Assembly: GCA_002269645.1 (NCBI GenBank)
Contig: NIVC01000038.1
Span: 1,426,001 to 1,490,000 of the forward strand
Length of the DNA stretch: 64,000 bases
From: Macrostomum lignano
Lineage: Eukaryota
Reading direction: 5' to 3'
Below the pieces are notes generated by a model. It had not been told where the DNA came from. It saw nothing but the letters and a program-made list of their open reading frames with translations, and searched no databases. Positions 41,517-51,925 of the stretch are shown one piece after another (position 1 is the first letter of the stretch; each line of letters begins with the position of its first letter). The translations under genes were made by a program, and so were the position numbers.

Positions 41517-44500
41517 CTGGGAAAGGACTGGGAAATGGGAAAGGACAGTTCCCTTGCTGAGAAAGGGAACTGTCGCAGTCTAGGATGAAGGTACCCGCGC
41601 TAGGACTCAAGTCTGGGTAGGTCAACACTGGCGGCTCACACAGGCTCGCCTTCAGTTCCTGAAACGCATTCTCGTGAACTTGGCGCCAGACAAATTTCTC
41701 TGAACTTTTGGCTAAGGCGTACAGAGGCGTGGCTATGATAGAAAACCTGGGGACAAACTTTCTGTAATAATTAGCAAACCCCAGAAAGGATAACAGCTGC
41801 TTTTTGTCCCTAGGGGTACACCACTGTCGCACTGCTTCCGTCTTGGTGGGGTCCGCTTCAATCCCTCTCGAGGAGACCACGAATCCCAGAAACCTAAGCC
41901 TGTCTTTGAACAATTCACATTTAGATGGCCTGATCTTCAAGTTGGCTTTCCTAAGCTGCCAGAAAACAAGCGCTAGGTGGGATATCATCTCATCGTTATT
42001 CCTAGCCTTGATGATGATGTCGTCAAGGTAAATCAGGCTGACTCGCAACAGCAGTGGTCTGAAAACCTTATGCATAAGCTTAGCAAAACTGGCTGGGGCG
42101 GTCTTTATCCCGAAGGGAACAACGGTCCAACGGAAAGTCCCCTGAGGGCAGGAAAACGCGGTGAGATCGCGGTCAGCTTCCCTGATTCCTACTTGCCAGT
42201 ACGCGCTCGTCAGATCTAAGCTGCTGAATACGCTGGAGCCCGCCAAACTATCGAATGACTCTTCTATCAGCGGCACAGGAAATGAGCACGGCTTTATGTG
42301 CTTGTTTAGGGCGCGGTAGTCTACGCACAGGCGATACGTACCGTCCTTCTTTTTCACAAGCACAATTGGCGAAGACCAGTCAGAGTCACACTCCTCAACC
42401 ACTCCCTGATCTAAAAGCTGGGCAATATGCTTGTCTAAGAACTCTTTCTGGGCCGGCGTTGTCCGCCTGGACGGTTGGGAAATCGGGCGGCAACTCGGGT
42501 CTTTGAGCTCGATCGTCATCTCATGCAGCGTGGTCTTGCCTAGATCTGTTTCGGACTGAGAAATTTGACTAAGGAAATAATTTAACATTTTTACGGTGGT
42601 ATCCAGCTGCTTCTTAGTTAGGTTAGAGTCTAGCAAATTGAACTGGTTCATTAGCCACTTGGCTGTTCCTGGGTCTGGGTAGGGTAGTCTTGCCAGCTTG
42701 TCGTTAAGCAGATCTACCTTGTCGAAGCTGAAATCGCTTTCGTTTAGCCGGGTGCACACCACGCTCTCGTCGTCCCCTAGCTTCTTAAATGACGCTACCT
42801 CCTCACCCTTGGCAACAGTAATCTCTTCTTCACTGCTATTCAGGACCCTAACTAACACGTGGCTGGTGGGGCTGACCTGGTCTAGAGAATTAGCGACCAC
42901 GATGGCCGAATCTGAATTGAACAGCCTCGCGCTGACAACCCCATGGGCGTTGCTCTCGGCGTCTATGGCTCTAGCTGGGACCAGGGCTTCTGAGCGCGGC
43001 GGCAGGACCGTGTCGCAAGCGGCGACCACACGGTTCACGCTACAGATGTCACTAGATCCCCGCAGGGTTGGGACATTCTCCCCTGCGCAAGTCACACGGT
43101 CACAGGCCATGTCCATGACAATTTGGAAACTGCTGCAGAAATCCAGTCCTAAAAGCGTCTCACTCAGGGAGCCATCGATAACTAGGAAAATATGCTGCTT
43201 CTTCAGTTTGCCTAAGCTCAACTCACACTCGAGCTTTCCCAGGATTTCTGAGCTGGCTCCGTTGAACCCAGTCGCAGTTCGCTGGATTTGGGCGGGGGTG
43301 AAGACATTATTGATGGGATCCGCCTCTACTAGCCTGTCTCTTATCTTGGGGCAAATCAGCGATGCATTGGCTCCAGGATCCAAAAGGGCCACGGTCTTCG
43401 TCTCTCCGACCTCAATCTGAACATAAAATCCCGCCTTGTAGTGGGGCAGGTCGGAAGAGGCCTCCGCACACTTGGGGTCTACCGAATCTGCAGTCACGCT
43501 GATGGCCCGGTCCCTGGTCTTTCCAGCTTCAGCAACTCGGCCGAAGGTCACATGGGTGCCCACTAGCTGGTGGTTTAAGGCCAGGTCCATCAGGGGCTGC
43601 ACTAGCTGGGACAGGTGCACGAAAACTGAGTCTCCGATTTGGGAGGACCGGACGAACCCGTAGGAATCCTTCCAGTGGGTCACTACCCCCCTCTCTCTGG
43701 GCGGTCTCGGGCTCGACTTCCCTCTGTCCTTTGGGTCGACGAACGGCTGCGGAGCCCTGAACTTCGAAGGTGGCGCACTGGCACCCGGCTCTCTGGGATA
43801 GGGACACTCTGCGATCAGATGGTCTGTCTCCCCACACCTAAAGCACTTCGGTGGCCTACGGTTCTTGTGATTATAGTTACTGGAGTTCAGGACATGCTGC
43901 GGTGGCTGAAAACTCTGGGCTCCAGGGTGTCTATTGTCGTTTACTGTCGTTTGCTGCTGACTTGACTGTTTCCTTTCAAGCTCCTTGATCCTTGCCTTCA
44001 GGGCTTGGATCTCGTCTGACTCAACACTACGGACTTTCGGCGGTTCTGCTAATTTGAGTAATTGCCTAGTTTGGGCGGCGTCTCGTGCCCTGTTTAAAAG
44101 TCTTTCGAGAGACGGCCTTGGCTTCTCTTGCAGCAAATTGATTAACTTTTCTGCGATTGACTTGTCAGTTAACCCATAGCAAAATCGCGTCCTAACTAAA
44201 GGCTCGTACTCATTGCGGCTTAAGTTCGCAGAGTTAGCAAGGCTAACGAGGCGATCGAAATATTCTTGAATACTTTCAGACTGCAGCTGCTGGGCGGAGG
44301 TAAGCTCTATATAAAACTGGTCCACATGCGTTGGTTCGCCGTACCGACCCTTAAGCTGCTTAACACCGGTTTCGAAAACTTTCTCGTGCAGTCTCTGGTT
44401 ATAGAAGTACTCTTGGCACTCTGGCGACAACGATGACAGCAGTACAGCTGTCCAGTGCTCGCGTCCTATGTTATTCGCTTCTAAGTACAGGCTGAACTGG

Positions 44501-44844
44501 GTCCACCAAATTTCGAATTTCATTTTGGGCGAATAGGCGGCTGGGGGCCTGAGCCGAGGGCTCGACTTTGAATACTTCACATTGTCACGGATCTCTGCCA
44601 AAGTTCTGGCCAGATCGCCCAGGGAAGTCTCGCACTCCTGCAGGTCACCTTCATCTGTCTCCGCCTCGTCATCACCAGCTGTCTCTGACAATCTAATTTT
44701 ACTGCCTACTGTCTCGCTTCTACCTCCTAGCTCTGTCTCCCCATTCCCACCTCCTGGCTCTGTCTCTCCACTTCTGCCTGTCCTAGCTCCACTCGCTGCT
44801 GGATCCTCTGTACTTGGCTTGGCTACCGACTCGGACTCTGCCAT
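41500..44844 (-). CDS. Gypsy Gag-(CCHC)-cold-shock domain-protease-dUTPase-like-RT polyprotein (1114 aa), ending at a frameshift early in RNase H
   Basis: CFRCGETDHLIAECP; GVVTHWKDSYGFV..VFVHLSQL; LLDPGANASLI; SPIVLVKKKDGTYRLCVDYRALN; YLDDII. Confidence 0.92.
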   Translation of the reverse strand: MAESESVAKPSTEDPAASGARTGRSGETEPGGGNGETELGGRSETVGSKIRLSETAGDDEAETDEGDLQECETSLGDLARTLAEIRDNVKYSKSSPRLRPPAAYSPKMKFEIWWTQFSLYLEANNIGREHWTAVLLSSLSPECQEYFYNQRLHEKVFETGVKQLKGRYGEPTHVDQFYIELTSAQQLQSESIQEYFDRLVSLANSANLSRNEYEPLVRTRFCYGLTDKSIAEKLINLLQEKPRPSLERLLNRARDAAQTRQLLKLAEPPKVRSVESDEIQALKARIKELERKQSSQQQTTVNDNRHPGAQSFQPPQHVLNSSNYNHKNRRPPKCFRCGETDHLIAECPYPREPGASAPPSKFRAPQPFVDPKDRGKSSPRPPRERGVVTHWKDSYGFVRSSQIGDSVFVHLSQLVQPLMDLALNHQLVGTHVTFGRVAEAGKTRDRAISVTADSVDPKCAEASSDLPHYKAGFYVQIEVGETKTVALLDPGANASLICPKIRDRLVEADPINNVFTPAQIQRTATGFNGASSEILGKLECELSLGKLKKQHIFLVIDGSLSETLLGLDFCSSFQIVMDMACDRVTCAGENVPTLRGSSDICSVNRVVAACDTVLPPRSEALVPARAIDAESNAHGVVSARLFNSDSAIVVANSLDQVSPTSHVLVRVLNSSEEEITVAKGEEVASFKKLGDDESVVCTRLNESDFSFDKVDLLNDKLARLPYPDPGTAKWLMNQFNLLDSNLTKKQLDTTVKMLNYFLSQISQSETDLGKTTLHEMTIELKDPSCRPISQPSRRTTPAQKEFLDKHIAQLLDQGVVEECDSDWSSPIVLVKKKDGTYRLCVDYRALNKHIKPCSFPVPLIEESFDSLAGSSVFSSLDLTSAYWQVGIREADRDLTAFSCPQGTFRWTVVPFGIKTAPASFAKLMHKVFRPLLLRVSLIYLDDIIIKARNNDEMISHLALVFWQLRKANLKIRPSKCELFKDRLRFLGFVVSSRGIEADPTKTEAVRQWCTPRDKKQLLSFLGFANYYRKFVPRFSIIATPLYALAKSSEKFVWRQVHENAFQELKASLCEPPVLTYPDLSPSAGTFILDCDSSLSQQGNCPFPFPSPFPARQER

Positions 44845-45144
44845 GACCTTGGCAGCTAAGTATTACAGACACAGAGTACAGACACACTGGCAGGCAACTA
44901 AAAGAGGGAACCCAGCAAGAAAAGAGCTAAGAATAAGAGAGAAAGTGGCAGCTTATAAAATAACTTAGCTATTGAGTCTCAATCTGTAAGCAATCCTATT
45001 ATAGTTACTGCCACAATAGGCCCTATTCTACTTGACAAAAATGATGAATTCAGTCTTAACTGCGACGCTGAACTGCGGGTCCGGCCGTTGAAGGAGCTCG
45101 CCGCTCGCCAGGTCACTCGGTTCACCGCTCGGTTCGGTCTGTCT

Positions 45145-45195
45145 CAGCTCGGCTCGACTCGACTCGACTCGACTCGACTCGACTCGACTCGACTC
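45145..45195. repeat. (CTCGA)n microsatellite in the Gypsy 5' leader
   Basis: Direct inspection. Confidence 0.9.
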
Positions 45196-45933
45196 AACAC
45201 AGCTCGACTCGCCTCGGTCGCTGACGCTGCCCAGCACTGGCCGGCGTTATCGATGGTCACCGCTGGCTGTAGGCTTAGGCTGAAGTCGCAGGCTGATGAG
45301 TGATGACAGATTGCACTTGCACTGTTGACTGCAGTAGGCCCTCGCGCAGGTTGCAATCACAGGCAGTGTCCAATTGTAGCTGCAGCGGGCGCTTTACCGG
45401 TGCGGCGCTCTCAACTCAATTAAAAATGAGGAGTACTCGCAAGCAGACAGACAAAAACACGATCCGATGACTCAGCAGACTTGTTGACAGATTTTGCAGA
45501 ATTAGGCTGGCCTTGGGTTGGTACAAAACTGGTAAACAACTTAAGCCTTAGGGTTATTTCTTGACTTGTATTAGCCTCTAGGTCCGACAGACTAGCAAAT
45601 TTGTGTTGACGATTGTCACGTGACTAATTGGCTGGCTGGGTTGGCTGCGGGTGGATGGCCTTGGCTTTGATCGCGTGACTTGGGGGTTGTTGTCCAGTTC
45701 AGAGTTGGCCGCCAAAGCGTAAACTGGTTCAGACCGGTTTTCTAGATCGGCAGACAGTACGCTCAGTACTTTGCAGTGGCGCTAGCAGATAGGCGGCTGA
45801 CTGAGGTACAGGCAATGTCACTGGCAGTGGCAAGTTGGCTTCCTGTTGTCGACTGCAGATTGCATACGATGCAGATGGTTAGCAATGGTTGTCGGCGATG
45901 TAGATTGCAGGCTGGGTCAATTTTAATTTAGCC

Positions 45934-45951
45934 ATCTCGGTGGGACCTCCA
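45934..45951 (-). other. Primer-binding site, tRNA-Gln-like
   Basis: TGGAGGTCCCACCGAGAT is complementary to the tRNA-Gln 3' end (...UCUCGGUGGGACCUCCA, from memory); 6 nt from the LTR. Confidence 0.8.
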
Positions 45952-45957
45952 AAATAA

Positions 45958-46406
45958 TGTGACGCGACCCTTCTTGTTCGGTGCTGACGGCTATGCACTT
46001 ATCAATAAATGAGTCTACGTAGCAAGAAAGTTTAGAATTTTAACTTCGACTGATTGTATTTAACCGTATTATATTATTTATTTGAAGACAGGAGTTAACT
46101 GTTGCTGTTAAATTATTGGTAGTAAGTACTAAGTATGGCGAATAGGCACAACGCGGCGGACAAACCAACAGCACACACGAGCCCAGCGAGACACGAAACA
46201 CTAGAGAACAAAAATGCGATATAACCCACTTTTAAATAATGCAATACCCGTATTTCTATGAATGATACAGTAAAACAAATTTCATGTATAAATATAGAAT
46301 AAATTTAAGATTCGTTTAATAAATAGTAGCTAGAGTAATAATATAATACTAAAAAGGCATTAATAACACTAGAATATTTTCAGAAATAAATATCAACATC
46401 GTTACA
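45958..46406 (-). repeat. 5' LTR
   Basis: Followed on - strand by the PBS. Confidence 0.97.
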
Positions 46407-46699
46407 CTGGATTTGCTCAACCATTTTCAAATCACTTAATTTGCAGAAAACCTTCCAGTTTATTTATTCATGGACAAACTGAGACAGCAAGCATTGCAAA
46501 AAATTGAATCAGATCGTAGCATACGCATAGATTTCGCGCCACAGAGAATGTAAGACCCAGTGTGAAAAAGTAAGCACTTGTAGTACTGAATTTTGCAGGA
46601 AAGTGCAGAAAAAGTTTCTGGTTTATACTGAACCTTCTGTACCATCATAGCTAAAGCAGAAAGAGGCAGCACATTGTTAATTTCAAGTCTTCCACGAGC

Positions 46700-47073
46700 A
46701 GTAATAGTTTTAATTCGAACACAAAGTTAGCACATTGAACTCTGTTTATATTGCCTCGGAGCCAAAAGCCATTTGTTTTAATCTCTCGAAACAAATTATA
46801 AACCAGAGATTAAATTTTAGGTTTCCAGCCGAGGGAGTTGAACAACTCAATGGAATTTCCTTGCCCAACATAGCATACCACCCAGTGACCAAATGAGCCA
46901 TTCTGCTGAAGTAGGACAAAAACAAACTTGTTTTCAAGGTAAATTGATGATCGAAATTTTCTTTTTACATTCAAGGGCAGAGAATTTTTATAGCGCAAAT
47001 GTAAAGTAACTATGAGAAATTTTTGGCAACACGAAAATTTTCTGACAGGATCAAATAGCTGAATTGCGTCCAT
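46700..47073 (-). pseudogene. Adenain-like cysteine protease relic (Polinton PRO)
   Basis: GHWVVCYVGQGNSIELFNSLG motif; lies directly downstream of the capsid relic. Confidence 0.65.
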
Positions 47074-47078
47074 TCCAG

Positions 47079-47580
47079 TTAAGAGGAATAGTCTAGCAAA
47101 AGCTCTCGGTGCTTGGTGACCTCAATCAGCGATTCATACAGGCACATAACAATCAGGGACACCGCTTCATTCAGAGCCTGTTGGAGGCGAATCTCCACCG
47201 CAGGTTGCCCTCCTTCTGTCCGTACCACAGAGCCGCTCCCTCGGGTGTGAGATCGAATGCAAACACCGTGTTGTTGTTGGAGGGGATAGGGGATCCACGG
47301 AACCGAATTCGTGTGGCTTGCAGATTGACAGCTTTTTAGGTAGTGTAAGTAGTATTCTCTTACAAAGGATTTGTTTTCAGGTGTGAAGGCGCCGTGGCAC
47401 ACTGTTTCTTCACCTTTCTTTAGAGCCAACCGGCTGAGGTTGAAGCTCTGGAACTGGAACGGGCTCGAGTGATGATGACCATTGAATGCTCGGTGGCTCA
47501 CGAAGGCCAGCATGATGAACTTCGGCAATTTTTAATGAAAGAATCCTTCAATGTTTTTAGACTTGATACCCTGGGGTCGA
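47079..47580 (-). pseudogene. C-terminal part of Polinton major capsid protein
   Basis: LPKFIMLAFV..AFNG..SPFQFQSFNL..REYY; second frame NTVFAFDLTP; ..F/LQQAL..IVMCLYESLIEV..R.LLLDY. Confidence 0.78.
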
Positions 47581-47958
47581 TTAGTGAGTGTGGCTGTGAA
47601 TGAGGCAGTGAATGAGGCTGTGATAGTGAGTGAGGCATATTGTACCTAATCTACGTTTCATGCTGGTTAATGCGCATGTTTTATTTTGAATATAAGTAAT
47701 TTGGTGTCAAAATGAGTCACTACTGAAGTGAGGCAGTCCACCCCTTTGAGTCTAAAAGCATAGTGGATTTGACACGTACTATGAACGTGAAATATTTTGA
47801 CCACCCCATTTCGAACCAATGAAAATTAGAGTGAACTTGTTGATGTCGAACATAAAGTCGAACATGATGTCGAATATAAAATGGGACTTCAGTTGGCCTT
47901 TCAAAGAACCAGATTTCTAATTGTCAATTAATTTCACTTTTTCAATAAATTAATCCAA

Positions 47959-50201
47959 ATGTCCAAACAATTGGAGTTCATAAAACAGCTGATAAGCCGC
48001 AAAGGCAAATGCTATGACGTCGCTAAGCGGCAAAAGTCGTTTGAGAAAGAGCTCGCCGCGTCTGATCGATTCCAGTTAATGGTAAGTGAAGGTGAAGAGC
48101 AATATTTTTACCAATAACTGCCCTGTCTCTACCATTCTGCTCTGTCTCTACCATTCTGCCCTGTCTCCACTTCTGCCCTGTCTGTACCAATTTCTACCAA
48201 CAACTGCAATTTTTCTACTCAGACCGATACGTCACAACCCGGCTCAGCTGAGCAGCCGCCCGCCGCAGCTCAGCAGCCGCCCGGTCCAGCTGAGCAGCCC
48301 AAGTCGCGTGCCGGGCAGGAGTACATTTGCCCATTCGGTGACTGCCTGCCAATAAAAGAGTCCCGTTTTAGTGACCACATGAAAAGAGCGCATCTGAATC
48401 TGCTCGAAGAGACGAAACAAAATCTGGCAAAGGATGGGGTTCCTGCATTTCTTCTACACAAAAGAGCCCTCCAGATTCTGCGTGCTTCTGGGAAGCTCAA
48501 CACGCATCAGCTGACTGCCGGCCCAATGGCAGAGAAGGCGGTACAGTGCGACATCTGAGGCGAGTGGCGCAACGACAGAAATTTGCTGGCGAGCCACACA
48601 CACAACAGCCACCCAGACGCAGCAAGAGCTGCAAAGGAGCAGAAGCTGGCTGAGGCCAGAAGCAGAGTGCCGGCTAGACCAGCCGTGGCCGAGCACCCGT
48701 CGACAGACGACGTTTAGGCACTCTGTGCGTTCTTGGCCAGCTCTCTCGGTGGGCGCAAGAAGCCGGCAATGGTACTCGAAATTCGGTGCTACCTGAAGTG
48801 GCTGATGCGTTCACTTGACATAGAGTCATTCAACTCACTGGTCATCGAAGACCAGCGCGACCGAATCAGCGCATATTTGGACAACCAGACCTACCCGATC
48901 CTCAAGCAGAGCGTCTCAGAACTCGAAAAAGTCGGCAACTTTCTGGTCACCCGACGCTATCAGCAAGTGATTGATGATGGGCTGCTGCAGCACCTAAAAT
49001 CGTACAGGCAGTCGACAAAAAATTGGACTGCTAGTTCCATGGGTCCCAAGGCGAAATATTACGCGGACCTGATGGACCGGAAAGAAGAAGAGCTCCTGAC
49101 CGGCGACCAAATTAAGGCCGTCTTCGAAATGAAGACCACCGTACTGGAGGAGGCTAGGTGCACAAAAGACCGGTGCGTTCTTATAATCTTTGAAATGGCA
49201 CTCAGTTTTGAAAATGGCACTTAGTTTTGAAAATGGCACTTAGTTTTGAAAATGGCACTTAGTTTTGAAAATGGCGCTTAGTTTTGAAAATGGCACTTAG
49301 ATTTTGAAGTGGCACCTAATCTTTGAAATGGCACTTAATCATGGGATTAAAAAATCTTGGCCTCAACATTGACACAGGACGGTGACATTCCTGGCCATCA
49401 GGATGTGCATTTGTTTCGGCGATGGAAACGCTAAACCGGCAGGGCGTGGCCTCCGCCTGCAAAATTTCGGACGCACGCCGGTGGCTGAAGTCGCCGAATG
49501 AGCCTTTTGAAGTTATAGAGCACAAGTCAAATGAGGGCCACGGCTCAGCGTGGGCAAGTGTAACACCGTGCGCAGATTTGGTGATGCAGGTCCTGGTGCA
49601 ACGATTTGCGAAGAGCCCGAGCGACGACGCTCAGGCGTTTGTATTTCGGTACGGCTCATTGGACCGCCTATTTTACCAGGATAGAAAACGGTACTCACCG
49701 CTGCTGAACAATGTCACTATTTCTAAATTCCGCGAGTGGCTGGAAGTGATGGGCCTGGAAAACGCCACGGCGGAAGAACAGCGCTTGATGGCAGATCACC
49801 AGAACCACACCGAAGGAGTGCAGCGCCGCTTTTACCATGTGAGAATTAATCAATTTGTCTTTAAAATCGCTTCACGAGCTAGGAATTTCTCAAGCTCTTT
49901 GAAAGGCTTCACTATATAGTATTTTGTGAAGTTTAGTGTTTATGAAACAAAAAGCTCCGAATAAGAATGTATTTTAAAAATTAAGTTTGCTTTTATTATT
50001 ATTAACATTTTCATCCCACCACGCAATCTAATCAGACCCAGACTAAGAAAAGAAGAGAGAATGACCGCCAGCTCACAAAGCGACTGGTCACAGAGGGCGC
50101 CGGCGTGCGTGAAGAGGACGTCAACGCCAAGGCTCCGCTGCTCGGCAATGACCTGCAATCGGCTGCTGGCAGCTTAGCGAGCAGAATTACCAGCGCCGCC
50201 A
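47959..50201 (+). pseudogene. Spliced C2H2 zinc-finger / tyrosine-recombinase (Crypton-like) gene, decayed
   Basis: Exons 47959-48081 (gtaagt), 48223-49172 (gtgcgt), 49378-49838 (gtgaga), 50036-50201 (gtgagt). CPFGDC..HMKRAH and CDI*GE..HTHNSH fingers; LASSLGGRK; LNRQG (R); EHK (K); MADHQNHT..RRFY (H, Y). Two in-frame stops and one frameshift. Confidence 0.72.
49185..49335. repeat. 19-bp minisatellite inside the predicted YR intron (ttagttttgaaaatggcac)
   Basis: ~6 copies. Confidence 0.9.
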
Positions 50202-50308
50202 GTGAGTGCATTATTGTTAAATAAGCTTTGTGAATTGAGATTTTCGTGAATTTTGACCTCAGTGAACTTTGTCAATTTGGCCAAGTGAATCAGGACCTCA
50301 GGACCCTA

Positions 50309-50520
50309 GGTTACTATGAGTTGCTCAGAACTGAGGACGGTGTACGCAAGGTAGACTTATCTATGGGGCAGACTGATCCAAAGGTAGTCTTGCCCAAGTC
50401 TCTGGATAGTGAAGTATTTCACCAAATCCATGATTCACCGTTAGCGGGACACCTAGGTCGAGATAAAACTTTCCAGAAAATTAAAACTCGATTCTGGAGG
50501 CCAGGATTAGCAACAGCAGT
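50309..50520 (+). pseudogene. Gypsy integrase zinc-binding (H2C2)-like half domain
   Basis: VVLPKSL..VFHQIHDSPLAGHLGRDKTFQKIKTRFWRPG. Confidence 0.7.
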
Positions 50521-50862
50521 TATATCGATATATCTGACTCCAGCGATGAGCCGAACGATACGCAGGCTATAATCACTGTACTTCGCTCAAACCAGCGTCT
50601 GTTGCTGCTAAAGCCGGGCAAATTAGTTCTAGCTAAGTCAAAGGGTCACCAATACTGGCCAGCAGAAGTGACGAAGCGCCCAAGGTCAGGAACATATTTA
50701 AAAAAACATCATAATAAGTCATGCGACTCGATTCACGTGCTCGAGCCTCGCACCCGTGACTGGGTTAACGACTTCAAGCCATTTTTTCCGATTTCGAGCA
50801 GCGAAATGCCCGATGACCTTAAAAAAGCCTTCGACCTGGTCAAGTTAAGAATGAGCAAATAA
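50521..50862 (+). CDS. PWWP-domain ORF
   Basis: KPGKLVLAKSKGHQYWPAEV...FKPF...DLKKAFD; open from 50521 to TAA at 50860-62. Confidence 0.7.
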   Translation, partial: YIDISDSSDEPNDTQAIITVLRSNQRLLLLKPGKLVLAKSKGHQYWPAEVTKRPRSGTYLKKHHNKSCDSIHVLEPRTRDWVNDFKPFFPISSSEMPDDLKKAFDLVKLRMSK

Positions 50863-50984
50863 GTTTTCAAAGTCCTTACTTGCATGTACGGGGCCACTAG
50901 CAAAAAAGAGAAAAAATAGTTTATATAAATGTGAAGTGCACTTTCTAGTCTGAACAGGACCAAAGCTCACACAGCTATCTTTTA

Positions 50985-51125
50985 CATGCAGTTTAGGGAA
51001 TGGGTTCTGTCACAATTTGCATGGCAGTTTAGTGAATGGGCTCTGTCACAATTTGCATGGCAGTTTAGTGAATGGGTTCTGTCACAATTTGCATGGCAGT
51101 TTAGTGAATGGGTTCTGTCACAGTT
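50985..51125. repeat. 36-bp unit, ~3.5 copies (gcagtttagtgaatgggttctgtcacaatttgcatg)
   Basis: Direct inspection. Confidence 0.85.
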
Positions 51126-51925
51126 TTGTTAATTACTTGATATAACGTGAAGTGCACTTTTTAAGTTAAAGTCTGAACAGGTTCATTGTCTCCATCTTTT
51201 TGAAACCGCATTTTGTTAGATTTGATATTAACGTGAAAAGCACTTAAGTTAAAGTCTGAACAGGTTCATTATCTCCATCTTTTAAACTGTTAAAACTACA
51301 TAGTTAATTGTTTCTAATGAAATAAATATTTAAAAATTTACAAGGACAATTTTCGTTGCTTTCAAGGCATTGAATTTTTTTCTTCAGAATTAGAGTTTTA
51401 AATTTTTCATTTGGATAGGATAAAACATAAAATCATGCTTAAAGTTATCTAACGTATATGGCTTTAATGTTTCACACCTACAAAGACTCTATAGCTAGTT
51501 AGCTATTGTGACAAGGTTAAGATATTTACATGTAGGAGTATAATAGGAAGATAAGAAATATAGGATTTCGATCGATTGATGACAAATATTTATTTGACAC
51601 AATTCTCACAGCTCAGGCATTTTAGTGAACAAACAAGTTCTGTTCTGTCACACTTTGCAATGCAGGGGCTAAATCATCTAAATCAACTAGTAGGCAGCAC
51701 TGAATCCAGCCTATCAATCCATGTATATTTTAAATAACTGAATATGGTTTTGCTCACTTGCTCATGCAGGATATAATACCCCGCTTTGAGAGAAAAAGCA
51801 ATTTTTTCGACTTTTTTAAAGTTCAAAACAGTTTGTTATTGTCAGAGAACAATTTTTTAATCGATTCGAACTCTTTTGTACAGAAGTAGTACTACAGATA
51901 ACACAGCTAGCAGATGAGAGATGTT

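Larger units (their letters stand above)
37451..46406 (-). mobile_element. Full-length Gypsy/Ty3 LTR retrotransposon (8,956 bp), very young
   Basis: 449-bp TG..CA LTRs 37451-37899 and 45958-46406 differ at one site (37849 T vs 46356 G); 4-bp TSD CTGG; PBS and PPT present; PR-RT-RH-IN order. Confidence 0.97.

Noticed and set aside
48555-48720. Recoding (Sec or readthrough) of the in-frame TGA and TAG in the YR gene
   Set aside because: The same gene also has a frameshift; single substitutions from Cys and Glu/Gln codons (ordinary decay) are simpler.
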